Shown: piece by piece, positions 51,200-63,512 of the stretch
Layout of the letters: the number at the start of each line of letters is the position of its first letter
Numbering within the stretch: position 1 is the first letter of the stretch
From: Felis catus
Taxonomy: Eukaryota
Length of the DNA stretch: 64,000 bases
NCBI RefSeq assembly: GCF_018350175.1
Contig: NC_058368.1
Location: 211,608,001-211,672,000 of the forward strand
Reading direction: 5' to 3'
Notes under the pieces: model-generated
Databases searched by the model: none
Seen by the model: the letters and a program-made list of their open reading frames with translations, nothing else
What the model was told of the DNA's origin: nothing
Program-made: the position numbers and the translations under genes

Positions 51200-51610
51200 G
51201 GTTATCTCATAAACTGCGTTGGCAAGAAACACATGCATTCTCAAGTTGAGAAGAATTTAATAAAGAGACTACTTGGAAAAGTGGGCACGACTAGGGGAAA
51301 CTAACAAGGGACAGTGAAGCACCCCAGACCTGGAAATACTGAGGAGCCACCTGAGGCCATGGGGTGTCACCAGAATGGAGAGCAAGTACAGATTTGCCTG
51401 TAGGGGAGCCGCAGCAGTAGCTGTGGCTTTCAGTGGAGGAACATTGTCACTGTTATTGCACTGTCCTGATATTACAATACCCGTTCTTGGATGTTGGTGC
51501 TTCCTGCTGGAGCCCCCAGTGGCTGAACCCAACTGGAATCCACAGTACAAGGGAGCCAGACTGAATCAATCCATAAAAGCTAGCCTCTGGGGTACAAAGC
51601 AGAGTCCATT
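51200..51610. mobile_element. Old ERVL-type LTR fossil
   Basis: 'gaatttaataaagagactac...ggggaaactaacaagggacagtgaagcacccc...ggctgaacccaactggaatccac'. Confidence 0.45.
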
Positions 51611-51614
51611 GTCA

Positions 51615-52360
51615 AGGAAATACAAATCTAAACCACAATGAGATATCACCTCACACCTGTCAGAATGGCTAAAATCAACAACAGAAGAAACAAGAGAGGT
51701 TGGCGAGGATGCAGAGAAAGGGGAACCCTCTTGCACTGTTGGTGAGAATGCAAACTGGTGCAGCCACTGTGGTAAACAGTATAGATTTTCCTCAAAAAGT
51801 TAAAAATAGAACCACTCTATGATCCAGCAATTGTACTACTAGGTATTTACCCAAAGGATGCAAAAATACAGATTTGAAGGGGCACAATGCACCCTGATGT
51901 TAATAGAAGCATTATCAAGAGTAACCAAATTACAGGAAGGCCCAAATGTCCATTGACTGATGAATGGATAAACCCCATATATATATTGGAATATTTCTCA
52001 GACATCAAAAAGAATGAAATCTTACCATTTGCAGTGACATGGAAGTTAGTCAAAGAAAGACAAATACCTTATGATTTCACTCATATGTGGAATTTAAGAA
52101 ACAAATGAACATATTGGGGACGGAAAAAAAGGGAGAACAAACCATAAGAGACTCTTAAAGATGGAGAACAAACTGAGCATTGATGGAAGGAGGTGGATGG
52201 GGGATGGGCTAGATGGGTCATGGGTATTAGGGCACTTGTTATGATGAGCACTGGGTGTTGTATGTAAGTGATGGATTATTGAATTCTGCTCCTAAAACCA
52301 ATATTGCACTGTATGTTAACTAACTAGAATTTAAATAAAAAATTGAAAAGGAAAAAAAAA
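51615..52360 (+). mobile_element. 5'-truncated carnivore L1 3' end
   Basis: 'gaaatacaaatctaaaccacaatgagatatcacctcacacctgtcagaatggct', 3'UTR, AATAAA plus A-tail. Confidence 0.93.
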
Positions 52361-54044
52361 GAAAATTTTATTATATTAGTGGAAGACAAGACTCACAAAA
52401 TGGAGCATTTTGAAAATGGTCCATAGGTGTGTCAAATTAAGGGCTAAACTGAACACTACAAACTCTATGTGTTGTGGGAGCTCCAAGAAAGGGAGAATAT
52501 GAGTAAGAAGTAATCAAGAAGTGGCGCTTTGATGAGGACATGTGCTCTGCAGAGAGAGGTAAGGAATGTCCATGGATGGGAGGTCCAGGGAGAAAAAGAA
52601 AGTAGGCAGAAGGAAGGCCAGCCAGTGGAAGAGGAAACTGATCTAACCAGAGGAGAGAGGTCTAGGAAGTAGTTGATAACAGTAGTTGTAGATAATGAGA
52701 AGTTTGAGGAAGAATGAGGAAGTCTTGAGAGCTCCGAAGAGGAATTAAGACTCAATCTGGAAGCAAAGGACCTCTTGGTAGTTGAGGAGGGCATTAACAA
52801 ATGAAAGAAGAGTGTTAGGAAGGTGAAGACTTCAGGAGTAAAGAAGGGACCGAAGAGAAGAGAGCTATTAAAACATGCTTGTGCAAAATGCCAAGGACTG
52901 AGATGAGAGACAGAGAGTTGAATCACCCTTACAGAGAAGGATCAGCCAGACTTGGTGAGCAAATAGAGTGGATGAGACAAGGATGACTCCATTTGTTTCC
53001 ATCATGTTCAATAAAGGGGACAGGGGACAGATGGAGAGAAGAGTCATGTGTGCATTCTGGTCATTTAAACATCCTGAGTGGAGGTTCACTAAAAGGAAAT
53101 AAAAACTGCCTCTCTGATTAAAGAAGCAAAATGTACCTTTTCATTTGCTGGCGGCGGGGGGGGGGGGGGGGGGAGTGTTATGGATACTGAGTTTTACAAA
53201 AAGCTCCTAGATCTCCCCTTCTGATAATAGACAAGGCTTTGAGTAAATGTCTCTGAAATTAGAGGCTTTCTTCGTATGTCCTGAGCTGTGTATGACTCCA
53301 GGCTGGGGGTTCAGAAGTCTGGAAATGGGTAGAAGGAGGGTTCCCCACCCTGCTTTCCATGGGGGAGGTATGCCAACATGTTCTTGCTGGTCCAAAAGAG
53401 AATTCTAAACAAGTACAATTTGTTGTCTTGTTAAATCTTGAAGAATTCAAAATAGGTCTTTATTAATCAACCAGTCAAACACTATTTACTTGTTGAGCCA
53501 AAATCTTGATCTCCTTTGACCCTGGAAAGGATTTGTATTCATAGCGTCCCTTGGCCTAGGTTCATTAAAATACACACTTTCATTTTTGTTAAGATGTCCA
53601 AAGAATTGTTCCCAGAAAACTGTTACCACCAGTAAATTGTGAACTCCGTAATCTTTCCATGAAGATCTTGCATTCCTTGACATCCAGTCCTTTTGTTAAA
53701 TTAGGTGACTCCTTGCAAAATGAATCATTAAGTAAATTAATAAAATAAAATAATAAACTTGGTTTCTCTGATCAGAGGGGCAGTTTTTGTTTGCTTTTGG
53801 GGAAGCCTCAATTCAAGTTGTTACATGTCCATGATTTATAAATAACTCTTCTCCCTACCTATCTCCCTCTTCCTTCCCTCCTCTCCCATCTCACCAGATG
53901 AGAGCTGGATTTATTTGTTCTTATAAGCCTTATAAATAGTTCTATTTTATACAAATTAAAGGAAACTGCTATTCTGCCTTGAAAGCAAACAACATACTTC
54001 AGTCTGAAGTATGCCTCATGTTGTGTGACATTTCTTCCAAAGAA

Positions 54045-54046
<2 letters not shown>

Positions 54047-54077
<31 letters not shown>
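54047..54077. repeat. (TG)n microsatellite
   Basis: Direct reading. Confidence 0.95.
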
Positions 54078-54078
<1 letters not shown>

Positions 54079-54729
54079 GGTGCTGAATGGGGGTGGGCCA
54101 GCATGATTGTGCAGAGGAAGGGAAGGGAAACATAAAGTTTTCTCAGAACCTGACGCGGTGAGTATGTGGCATCAGTGCTTGAAGAGATAACAAGTGCTCA
54201 CTTTAAAATGATGGCTCCCATGTAGTCTCTATCAAACTTTTGAAGAGACTTTACAAGACCAGACATAAAAAGGCATTTCCTGATTAGCTGTCAGGAATAC
54301 TATGTGTCTAGAGACATGAATCACATCCCCTGTTTGTACGTTCCATTTCACAACAGGAACATGAGAAGCACCCGCCCAGTCCTTACCAGCTTCAGGGAGA
54401 AGGGGGAGCTAACCAGTTTCCCTCCTGTGGAGCGTTCGCCTTAATGCCATGCTCATCTGGGCTGAGACAGAGCCTGGCACCAGGACCGGAGAAGATTGGA
54501 ATTTAATTTGTTTGATGGCATGGATAGCCCAGTCAAGAAACTCAGCTCCACAGTGAAGGGAGAAAAAGAGAGGGCTATGGTTTTCCCCATGTAGTAGGAC
54601 TTGTGAAATTGATCCAAACCACTGGACTCAAGGAACATGACCAGTGCTCTAATACTTCTGTCAGAACTAACCATCTGTACTCCCCTTGGTTCCTTTTCCA
54701 ACCAGATGCTGCCATTTTCCTTTCTTACT

Positions 54730-54908
54730 TATTTTTTTTTAACCGAAGTGTAGTTGACACACAATGTTACATTGCTTTCTGGTTGACAAGTCTGTATGTT
54801 ATGCTGTGCTCTCCACAAGTGTGGCTACCATCTCTCAGCCTACAGCACTATTACAATACCATCAACTGTAGTCTCTGTGCTGTACCTTTCACCCCTGTGA
54901 CTTATTAG
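54730..54908 (-). mobile_element. Short L1 3' tail fragment
   Basis: Poly-T then 'gaagtgtagttgacacacaatgttacatt'; TSD cctttcttact 54719-54729 / 54912-54922. Confidence 0.8.
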
Positions 54909-55790
54909 TTGCCTTTCTTACTCTGCAGCATGTTAAGTGGTGGAGCAGCTTCCTGTTCCAGCTGAAACGAAATAAGGAGCTCCTAACCAGACTGTAAACT
55001 TATCTCAGTTTCATGCTCACCTTATGGTTCCTTCATTTGTATAGCATTGCACTGTTTTCCATGAAATTTTGGATCCACTGCTTCCTAGCGACAAGTGACT
55101 ATTGTGTTTGCCTCCACCTCTGACTTACTGGTTTGTATTTCTGATCTACCATGTTGGCAGGATCTCTGGGACGGCGGGCTTCCCACTACTACTCGCCTAC
55201 CTGTCTCTCTCTCCAAGGATCCTGGGGTTAGCAGTAAGCACAGTGGTGCGCATCTCTAAGGCCCAAGGGACTGGGGAAGGAGAGGTTACTGGAACCTGGG
55301 AAGGAAGGGAGTGTTGTAGACCAGACCACTGGAGAAGAGTAGTGATGTTTTGTCGATGAGAGAAGAGACCTTCTACTCTTCTTTTCCCTTCTCATCAGCT
55401 GGTGTTCCCAAAGTCCAACTCCAAAAGGAAGTCCAAAGGCATAGGAACACTGTCAGTGTGTAACATTTACACTTTACATTTTGGAGGCAAGAAACCAAGG
55501 CTCAGACAGTTTAGGTCACTTTTCCAATTTGTAAAGCTGGAAACGGAATCTAGACACGTGTGATTTTAAAATCATATTTGTAAACCACTATATTAGATTC
55601 TGTCTGTAGGATAAATTATTGTTTTAACCTTCAAATCTGATATTTTTTTCAAATCTGATATTTTAACTCCTTGCCCACTTACCTCATTACAAAGTTCAAT
55701 TTGCACAGAACCTCAGAACCTTCCAATAGGATATGACTTTGTCATATTGTCTGGATCCTGCCCCCCAACATTACATTGATTCTCCTTGTC

Positions 55791-56016
55791 TTTTTTTTTT
55801 TAATTTTTTTTTCAACGTTTTTATTTATTTTTGGGACAGAGAGAGACAGAGCACGAACAGGGGAGGGGCAGAGAGGAGGGAGACACAGAATCAGAAACAG
55901 GCTCCAGGCTCTGAGCCATCAGCCCAGAGCCTGATGCGGGGCTCGAACTCACGGACCGCGAGATCGTGACCTGGCTGAAGTCGGACGCTTAACCGACTGC
56001 GCCACCCAGGCGCCCC
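55791..56016 (-). mobile_element. Young feline-type SINEC
   Basis: Perfect TSD tgattctccttgtctt 55777-55792 / 56017-56032; CpG-rich head. Confidence 0.96.
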
Positions 56017-56935
56017 TGATTCTCCTTGTCTTAGCAACTAAATACCTGTTTGCTAACACCACTTGTATTACTAACACTTTCTATAGAAACTGGACAGCTC
56101 TTCTTTTTGGAATCAAGGAATGGTGCACATAAGTCATAGGGTTCCCAAGTATCCAACCAAATGCCATAATATAAAAGTGTTGATCTGCCAGATGCTAGGC
56201 ATATACTGGCTAAAATCAAGAGGTAGAATGATTAACCTTAAGAAAGAATTCCAAAGGTGAATAACTATATATTTGGGGGTGTTTGTTGCTGCATTATTAT
56301 AATTGTGAACCATTAGAAGCAGCAGAAGCATCCCACAGCAAGGGAATTGTTAGTATGAGTGGCACTCACTAAATACGAATGGGGAGAGCTTTAAGTTCTC
56401 CTTATCCCCTTCTGCATTCTAATAGAGGTTTAAGGCACATTGCCGGACAAAGCTCATAGGGGACGCATCTGGGGTAAGAAGGAAAAGGTTTTAACTGTTC
56501 CATCCTTTTTTTCCCCTTTTTCATCCTTTTGGCCTTAGGTAGGGTGGTGATTAGGCAAGCTGAGAGCTGTTCCCTCTTGGGAAAATCCCCTGTCCTGGGA
56601 AAACCTAGCCAGACCAAACTGTAGCTTAGGGGAGGGAGTAAGTAGTTTGGGGAACTCTGCTGCGGGCCTGAAGGACAAGTCTTTTCTTTACGATATCTTT
56701 AGATGCTTCTTCTCACCACCAGATTGGTAAGACTGGAAGGTTAAGAAAAGGGTGTGACCTAGGGAAAAGGAGGCAAAGACAACTTGGTTCTCTTACAGGG
56801 TGGCATGGAGTCGAGGGTTAAAAGAGTCTGTGACTCACACGTGTCCAGCCCACTTACTCCAGATAGGGGTCTGATGCCGACACACAGTATCAAGTATTGC
56901 TCTGCCAAGAGGGGTGCATCTCACTTTTCCTAAGG

Positions 56936-58532
56936 CAGCAGTTCTCAAGGCATGATCCACAGACCTTGGGGGTCTCTGGAGCACTTCTGGGAGGTTTTCA
57001 AGCTGAAACTATCTTCATAATAATACAATGATCTTATTTGCATCTTTTACTCAACCGGGCAAAAGCAATAGGGAACGAAGTGCTGGCACCATCACATACA
57101 TGAAAGCATTGGCTTTACGCTTTAACACAGTGTGGTATTAAAGCCATGTATTTTACCAGCACACAATCACAATTAAAAAAAAGTCAGCTTCAGGGCGCCT
57201 GGGTGGCTCAGTCGGTTAAGCGTCCGACTTCAGCTCAGGTCATGATCTTGCGGTCCGTGAGTTCAAGCCTCGGGTTCTGTGCTGACTGCTCAGAGCCTGG
57301 AGCCTGTTTCAGATTCTGTGTCTCCCTCTCTCCGACCCTCCCCCGTTCATGCTCTGTCTCTCTCTGTCTCAAAAATAAGTAAACATTTAAAAAACTTAAA
57401 AAAAAAAGTCAGCTTCACCTAAGAACGTCTTTTTAATATTATGTGTGACGCCAAGAGCAAGTATCCATAAAGCATTTCTGCTGCAGACCTAAGTACACTG
57501 ATTGTCATAAAAAGAAAAAAAAAAAGCACATTGCAGTTGTTTGAGTTACAAGCTGAACTAACAATATTTTTCATGGAACACCATTTTTACTTGACAGAAG
57601 GACTGACGAGCTATGACAATTCAGGTTAGAGTACTTGGCAGATACTTTTTCCAAAGTGAATCGAGCGAGTCTGTTAGTTTGAGGAAAACAACTAATATCG
57701 TGTGTTGCTAATAATAAGATTTAAGATTTTAAGCAAAAGATAGATTTTTGGGAAGCTTTTGTTCACACTATGAGCTTGAAAGCTTCCCAACACTTAAAGA
57801 CTTCTCTGATAAGTCAGTGGTGATATGAACAAATGTGATTTTTTAAATACTTTATAATAAAATGCGTCAACGTTAGGAAGCTCTGTATATCCCAGTGAAC
57901 GAATATTTCCCAAATGACCCATGCATGATGTTTCAAAATCCTGCATCAATAAAAGATCCATTCCAAGTGTAAGATAGACAAATAGATTTTAATGTAGCAG
58001 ATACAAAAAGCTCATTGATATCGTTTCAGATTGCACATTACAACTAATCTTTAATGAACTCCCACTTGTCAAGTTTTGGGTAACAGACAACATCTGCAAC
58101 TATTTGAAAAGGCTATTAAAATAGTCCCCTCTTTTCTGATTCCACATCTGTAAGAGGCTGGGTTTTCTTCATATACTGCAACCAAAGCGACATATTACAA
58201 CAGATTGAATGCAGAAGTTAGAGAATCCAGACGTCTTTTATTAAGCCAGACTTTACAGAAATTTGCAAAAATGCAAAACAATTCCAGTCCTGTCACTAAA
58301 TTTCCCTTTGTTTTGGAGAGTATAGTTACTTTTTCATAAAAATACAGTATTTATGACAACATGGAATTGTTACTATTATATTCAATAAGTAGAAATAAGC
58401 ATTTAGAACTTTTCGCAGTTTTAATTTCTAACTCGGTAAACATTACAGCCCACACACGTGAAGGTTCTTTGAGGTCCTTAATCATGTTTAAGAGTGTGAA
58501 GAGGTGACAAAACCCAAGGTTTGCAAACCGTG
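56936..58532 (+). mobile_element. hAT-Charlie (Charlie1-like) DNA transposon fossil with decayed transposase
   Basis: Terminal cagcagttctcaa ... ttgcaaaccgtg; remnants LFNIMCD, HKAFLLQT*VH*LS, LEYLADTFSKVN, KAIKIVPSFLIPHL*EAGFS match hAT transposase motifs. Confidence 0.85.
57193..57407 (+). mobile_element. SINEC inside the Charlie element
   Basis: TSD aaaaaaagtcagcttca. Confidence 0.95.
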
Positions 58533-58639
58533 GAGCTAGTGCATTTGGTGAGCATGGGATGGAGTGGCCCCAGCAGCAGTGTGTGGCCTCTCGATGTTTT
58601 AGGGATTCTCTCCTGTCTTCTCTCATCCCATACCTTTCA

Positions 58640-58838
58640 ATGTTTTTTTTATTTATTTTTGAGAGAGAGAGAGTGTGTGAGCTGGGGAGGGGCAGAGAGA
58701 GGAGACACAGAGTCTGAAGTGGGCTCCAGCTCTGAGCTGTCAGCACAGAGCCTGATGTGGGGCTCAAACTCATGAACCGCTTGATCATGACCTAAGCTGA
58801 AGTCGGACCCTCAATGGACTGAGCCACCCAGGTGCCCC
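58640..58838 (-). mobile_element. SINEC
   Basis: TSD ctctcatcccatacc 58620-58634 / 58838-58852. Confidence 0.95.
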
Positions 58839-58866
58839 TCTCATCCCATACCGCTTAAAGAATACA

Positions 58867-59065
58867 GGGTGCCTGGGTGGCTCAGTCGGTTAAGTGTCCA
58901 ACTTCAGCTCAGGTCATGATCTCACTGCTTGTGAGTTTGAGCCCTGTTTGGGCTCTGTGCTGACAGCTCAGGGCCTGGGGCTTGCTTTCAATTCTGTGTC
59001 TCCCTCTCTCTCTGTCGCTCTCTTGCTCACACTGTCTCTCTTCCTCTCAAAAATAAAATAAAATA
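58867..59065 (+). mobile_element. SINEC
   Basis: Head plus tail; TSD aagaata(c/t)a spans this and the next SINE. Confidence 0.93.
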
Positions 59066-59308
59066 GGGGCGCCTGGGTGGCGCAGTCGGTTAAGCGTCCG
59101 ACTTCAGCCAGGTCACGATCTCGCAGTCCGTGAGTTTGAGCCCCGCATCAGGCTCTGGGCTGATGGCTCAGAGCCTGGAGCCTGTTTCCGATTCTGTGTC
59201 TCCCTCTCTCTCTCTGCCCCTTCCCCATTCATGCTCTGTCACTCTCTGTCCCAAAAATAAATAAAAAACGTTGAAAAAAATTAAAAAAAAATAAATAAAA
59301 TAAAATAA
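59066..59308 (+). mobile_element. Young feline-type SINEC in the tail of the preceding SINE
   Basis: ggggcgcctgggtggcgcagtcggttaagcgtccgacttcagccagg head; (AAAAT)n on both sides. Confidence 0.95.
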
Positions 59309-59363
59309 TTAAAAAAATTTTTTTAAGAATATAATACAGGCTTTAATAACTAGACTTATGAAG

Positions 59364-59552
59364 TTTTTTTTTTTTAAGCTTATTTATTTGTGTTGAGACA
59401 GAGATGGTGCTAGTAGGGGAGGGGCAGAGAGACGGAGAATCCCAAGCAGGCTCCACACTGTCAGCACAAGCCCGACACGGGGCTCAAACCCACAAAACCA
59501 TGAGCCAAAACCAAGAGATGGATGCTCAACTGACTGAGCCACCCAAGCGCCT
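59364..59552 (-). mobile_element. SINEC
   Basis: TSD tag(a/c)cttatgaag. Confidence 0.92.
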
Positions 59553-59567
59553 CTAGCCTTATGAAGG

Positions 59568-60269
59568 TTTGTTTTTTGTTTGTTTGTTTTTTTTTTTTTT
59601 TTTGGTTCTCTCTTCTTTCTTTCTTTTTTTCCTTCTCTTTTTTAATTAATTTTTTAAATTTTATTTTTAAAAATTTATATCCAAATTAGTTAGCCTCTAG
59701 TGCAAGAATGATTTCAGAGGTAGATTCCTTAATGCCCCTTACCCATTTGGCCCATCCCCCCTCCCACACCCCCTCCAGTAACCCTCTGTTTTTCTCCATG
59801 TTTAAGAGTCTCTTTTGTTTTGTCCCCCTCCCTGTTTTTATATTATTTTTGTTTCCCTTCCCTTATGTTCATCTGTTTTGTCTTTTTAAATCCCCATATG
59901 AATGAAGTCATATGATATTTGTCTTTCTCTAATTTCTCTTAGCATAATACCCTCTAGTTCCATCCATGTAGTTGCAAATGGCAAGATTTCATTCTTTTTG
60001 ATTGCCGAGTAATACTCCATTGCATATATATACCACTCTTCTTTATCCATTCATCCATTGACGGCCATTTGGGCTCTTTCCATACTTTGGCTATTGTTGA
60101 TAGTGCTGCTATAAACATGGGGGTGCATGTGTCCCTTCGAAACAGCACACCTGTATCCCTTGGATAATACCTAGTAGTGCAATTGCTGGGTCGTAGGGTA
60201 GTTCTATTTTTAATTTTTTGAGGAACCTCCAAACTGTTTTCCGGAGTGGCTGCACCGGCTTGCATTCCC
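59568..60269 (-). mobile_element. 5'-truncated carnivore L1 3' end
   Basis: Minus-strand CTPMFIAALSTIAKVWKEPKWPSMDEWIKK; long T-rich tail. Confidence 0.94.
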
Positions 60270-60321
60270 AGCTTTATGAAGTCTTAAGCATACTCTTTTA
60301 TAAAGAACAATTTAAAAAAAA

Positions 60322-60530
60322 TTTTTTTAACATTTATTTATTTTTGAGACAGAGAGAGATAGAGCATGAATGGGAGAGGGTCAGAGAGAGAGGGAGACAC
60401 AGAATCTGAAACAGGCTCCAGGCTCTGAACTGTCAGCACAGAGCCCGACGTGGGGCTCGAACCCACGAACTGTGAGATTGTGACCTGAGCTGAAGTCGGA
60501 CGCTTAGCCGACTGAGCCACCCAGGCGCCC
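60322..60530 (-). mobile_element. SINEC
   Basis: TSD aagaacaattt 60303-60313 / 60531-60541. Confidence 0.95.
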
Positions 60531-61374
60531 AAGAACAATTTTTAAAGCAGAGTGCCAACCTGTGTGTAGACTGTGACTGTCATGACGCTATGTACCTACA
60601 GGCCAGGATTGAACTTTGAAAACTGAGAAGCATAATGTTAGGATGGTGGGATCATGCTTGATAGATTCTCTTTGACGTCATATAATGGTATTCTAACAAT
60701 CTTAAAAAGTCAAAGTGAAAACACTCACATACACACCAACAACATCAGTCTCCCAGGAGATTCAAAAAGGAACAATTCTCCAGGATTTTCCCCAGTTGGT
60801 TATAAAACCAAAATGTTAACCTCATGGCACCAGGAACGTCCCCGTGCTGTGTCGCAAGAAGGGAGATTTCAGTTCCTTGACTGTCCCGAATGCAATGGCC
60901 TTGGGGACTGTATGTCTTTCTCTCTCATGTCTCTGGAAGGATGTGCACAGATGGCACAGAGGACTCTCAGGCCTGGGAGTTGAGCTGTTTTGAACATAGC
61001 TACTGAGCAGGGAGCAGTTAGCACCTGGCTTTGTTGACAGTATCCTGACCTGCCGTTCACTGTGGCCCAGAAGAGAGCTGGACCACTTCCACCAAGGACA
61101 GGGAGCAAAGTTACACGAAGCTGGCTGGGAATGAGATTTCCGGGGCTGCAGGCTCTGTACACGCAGCAGAGAACGGGAAGGACAGGTACGCTGCAGGCCG
61201 CCCAGCAAATGGCTGGCTGCCCACCAGCAGCAGCACCCTCAGGAGTAAGCTGGCGGGAACACCGGAGTCACAGGAACACCGGAGCGAGTTGCCTGTCTGG
61301 GTCTGCCTTAGGAGCAGAGGTCGTCTGTGATGTTTGCTTATAAATATGAGAAGTTTTTTCTTTCAGCTCAACTA

Positions 61375-61680
61375 TTTCTTTCATTCAGTCATTCAGTCAT
61401 TCAACAGACTGAGTGCTTGCTATGGCTTATCTGTTCTAAGGTCTAGGACTATAGAAGTGAACAAAGCAGACAATCTCACCCTCATGGAGCTCATATTCTA
61501 GAGGAGAGAGACAGAAAATTACTAAAATAATGAGGTAAAATGTATGGCATATTGGATGCTGATAAGTGCCACAGAGAAAGATAAAGCAGGAGTAGGAGGG
61601 GGTGAGTGTGAGGGTGGGTGTGAGGGTGTTGGTGAAGCCTCACTGAGAAGGAGGAATTGGAGCAAAGACCTATTCGAGGT
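61375..61680 (-). mobile_element. L2 3' end
   Basis: (cattcagt)n tail and 'ccctcatggagctcatattcta...gagacag'. Confidence 0.75.
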
Positions 61681-63512
61681 TACCGTAGGAATTAAAAATA
61701 AAGGTATAAAACTACCGCAGAACGTACCTACTCTCCCATTTTAACGTCACTGTTTTGTTGGTATTGTCTTACACTATTTTCTCTGCACGTGGGAACATAC
61801 CATTTCTTCAAAGGTAGATGTGTGCTTGCACACACATGCATGGAAGTCTTATTTTCTCACTTGGCAATGCATCCCGAGCCGATTTCCATGTTCACGACTA
61901 GACCTGCACCCTTACTTTAACCAGTCACAGAAGGTGGAGAGGGCTGGCATAATGGGTCTCGCCCCAGTTCTGCTACTGTGTGAGCTCTCTGTGTCCCAAT
62001 GTCTTCATCGGTAAGATAAGGACATAGAGTTTAACTTGTGGGGTCTTTTGAGAAGAAGGGAGTGATTTCATACATCTAAAGCAGTCTGTCTCAGTAATCT
62101 GGAAGCTAATTAGAAGTTACATGATTCAGGATGCGTTTGGAAAACAGAGCTGACGGTGCTTAGCTACAGGGCTTGGAGTGAAAGAGAAAGGAACCATGGA
62201 CGACCATTGGGTTTGGGCACAGAGGTGCTGTTATTTGGACGGGGAAGGCCAAGAGAACACGTCTGGGTGGTGGGCGGGTGGATAGCCCTCTTTTTGGCCA
62301 TATTACCCCTATTTTCATTGCCCTTTGTTCTTATTGCCATCACCTCAGTTTAGGGCCTTGTCCCTTTGAGACCAGACTATGGTGGCCGTGTGGCCCCATA
62401 GGTGGCCCTGAGTCTAGCCCTCCCTTCTGCACACTGGCCTTCCCGCTGATCTCCTCCTGTGGCTTTTCCTTTTCTTCCTTGAACCCTCCCATCCACCACC
62501 ACATCCTCTGCCTAAGCCTGGCCCACCATTCAAGGTAACATCCAAGTACCACCCCCTGCAAAAAGCTCATTTCCTTCTGAATTTTGATACAGAGTAGGGG
62601 CATCACTCATTTGGTTTTTAACATGTTGCTCACTTTTTCTTCTAAAAATCTGTTTTTCTTCTGCTGTTCCCGGAACCCTTGCTGATAGAACCCTAAAGAT
62701 GGGGACAGCATCGGGCACAGCAAGTTGAGTGTTGGGGGACTTTGATGAGGCAAGGTGGGGATTAGGAGGGGCTCTTAGGGGACAAGAAAAACAAAGGAGA
62801 AACTCCATACCCCTCATGGGCGCTTCGGGCTGGCTCTGCACAGCACCTGATTCATGCCAAATTCCACCAACAATGCCAGGCCCATTTCCAAGGGACTAAT
62901 ATTACCTATGTTTTTCATTGCTGGTGATAATTTGAGGCCATTTTCCCTGGTGTGTAAACTGTCCACAGTTGGAGGCAGTCAAGCAGCAGCCTTTGAGACA
63001 ACTGGCTACCTGTTCCCATTTCCCTCCAGCCTTGCTCTGGCCTCAGTTATGTTCTGCGGCAGAACGGAGGCAGACCCATCCTTGTGGAGCTCATTTTAGG
63101 CCATCTCCCTGCTTTGTATAGGGCTCAAGCTGCTCTTTTTGGTTCTGGTGGTCCACCCTTGTCTACTGGTAAATTGATATGGTTTATCCCCAGGGCCTAA
63201 CTCAATGTCTCCTCATGGGCCTCTCCATGACCTGAAATCATTTTATTCGTCTCTTCTTTGGGTCAAACTAAGTTTTAAGATTATACATGCCATGACTCAA
63301 ATTGATTTATTGTATTAACCAGCTAGGCACAGAGCAAGGTCCTGGGGGCCCTCCTCTCATCCTCCTCCTTCCTCTCTCTACTTGTGCTTCCCCTGAGATG
63401 CTGCTGCAGAGGTGATCGGCTGCTGGATCCCTCTGGAATTCAGATCCGAGAGAGTTGCAGGGAGGAAAACCCCCTAAGCTCCTCAACTGAGCACCAGCTT
63501 CTCTAACTGCCC

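Noticed and set aside
52465..52926. 153-aa S/L/F-rich ORF
   Set aside because: Antisense reading of a purine-rich, probably L2-derived stretch.
4740..60530. tRNA-like A/B boxes and recurring short ORFs (e.g. MAQSVKRPTSAQV...)
   Set aside because: These are SINEC heads, not tRNA genes or a protein family.
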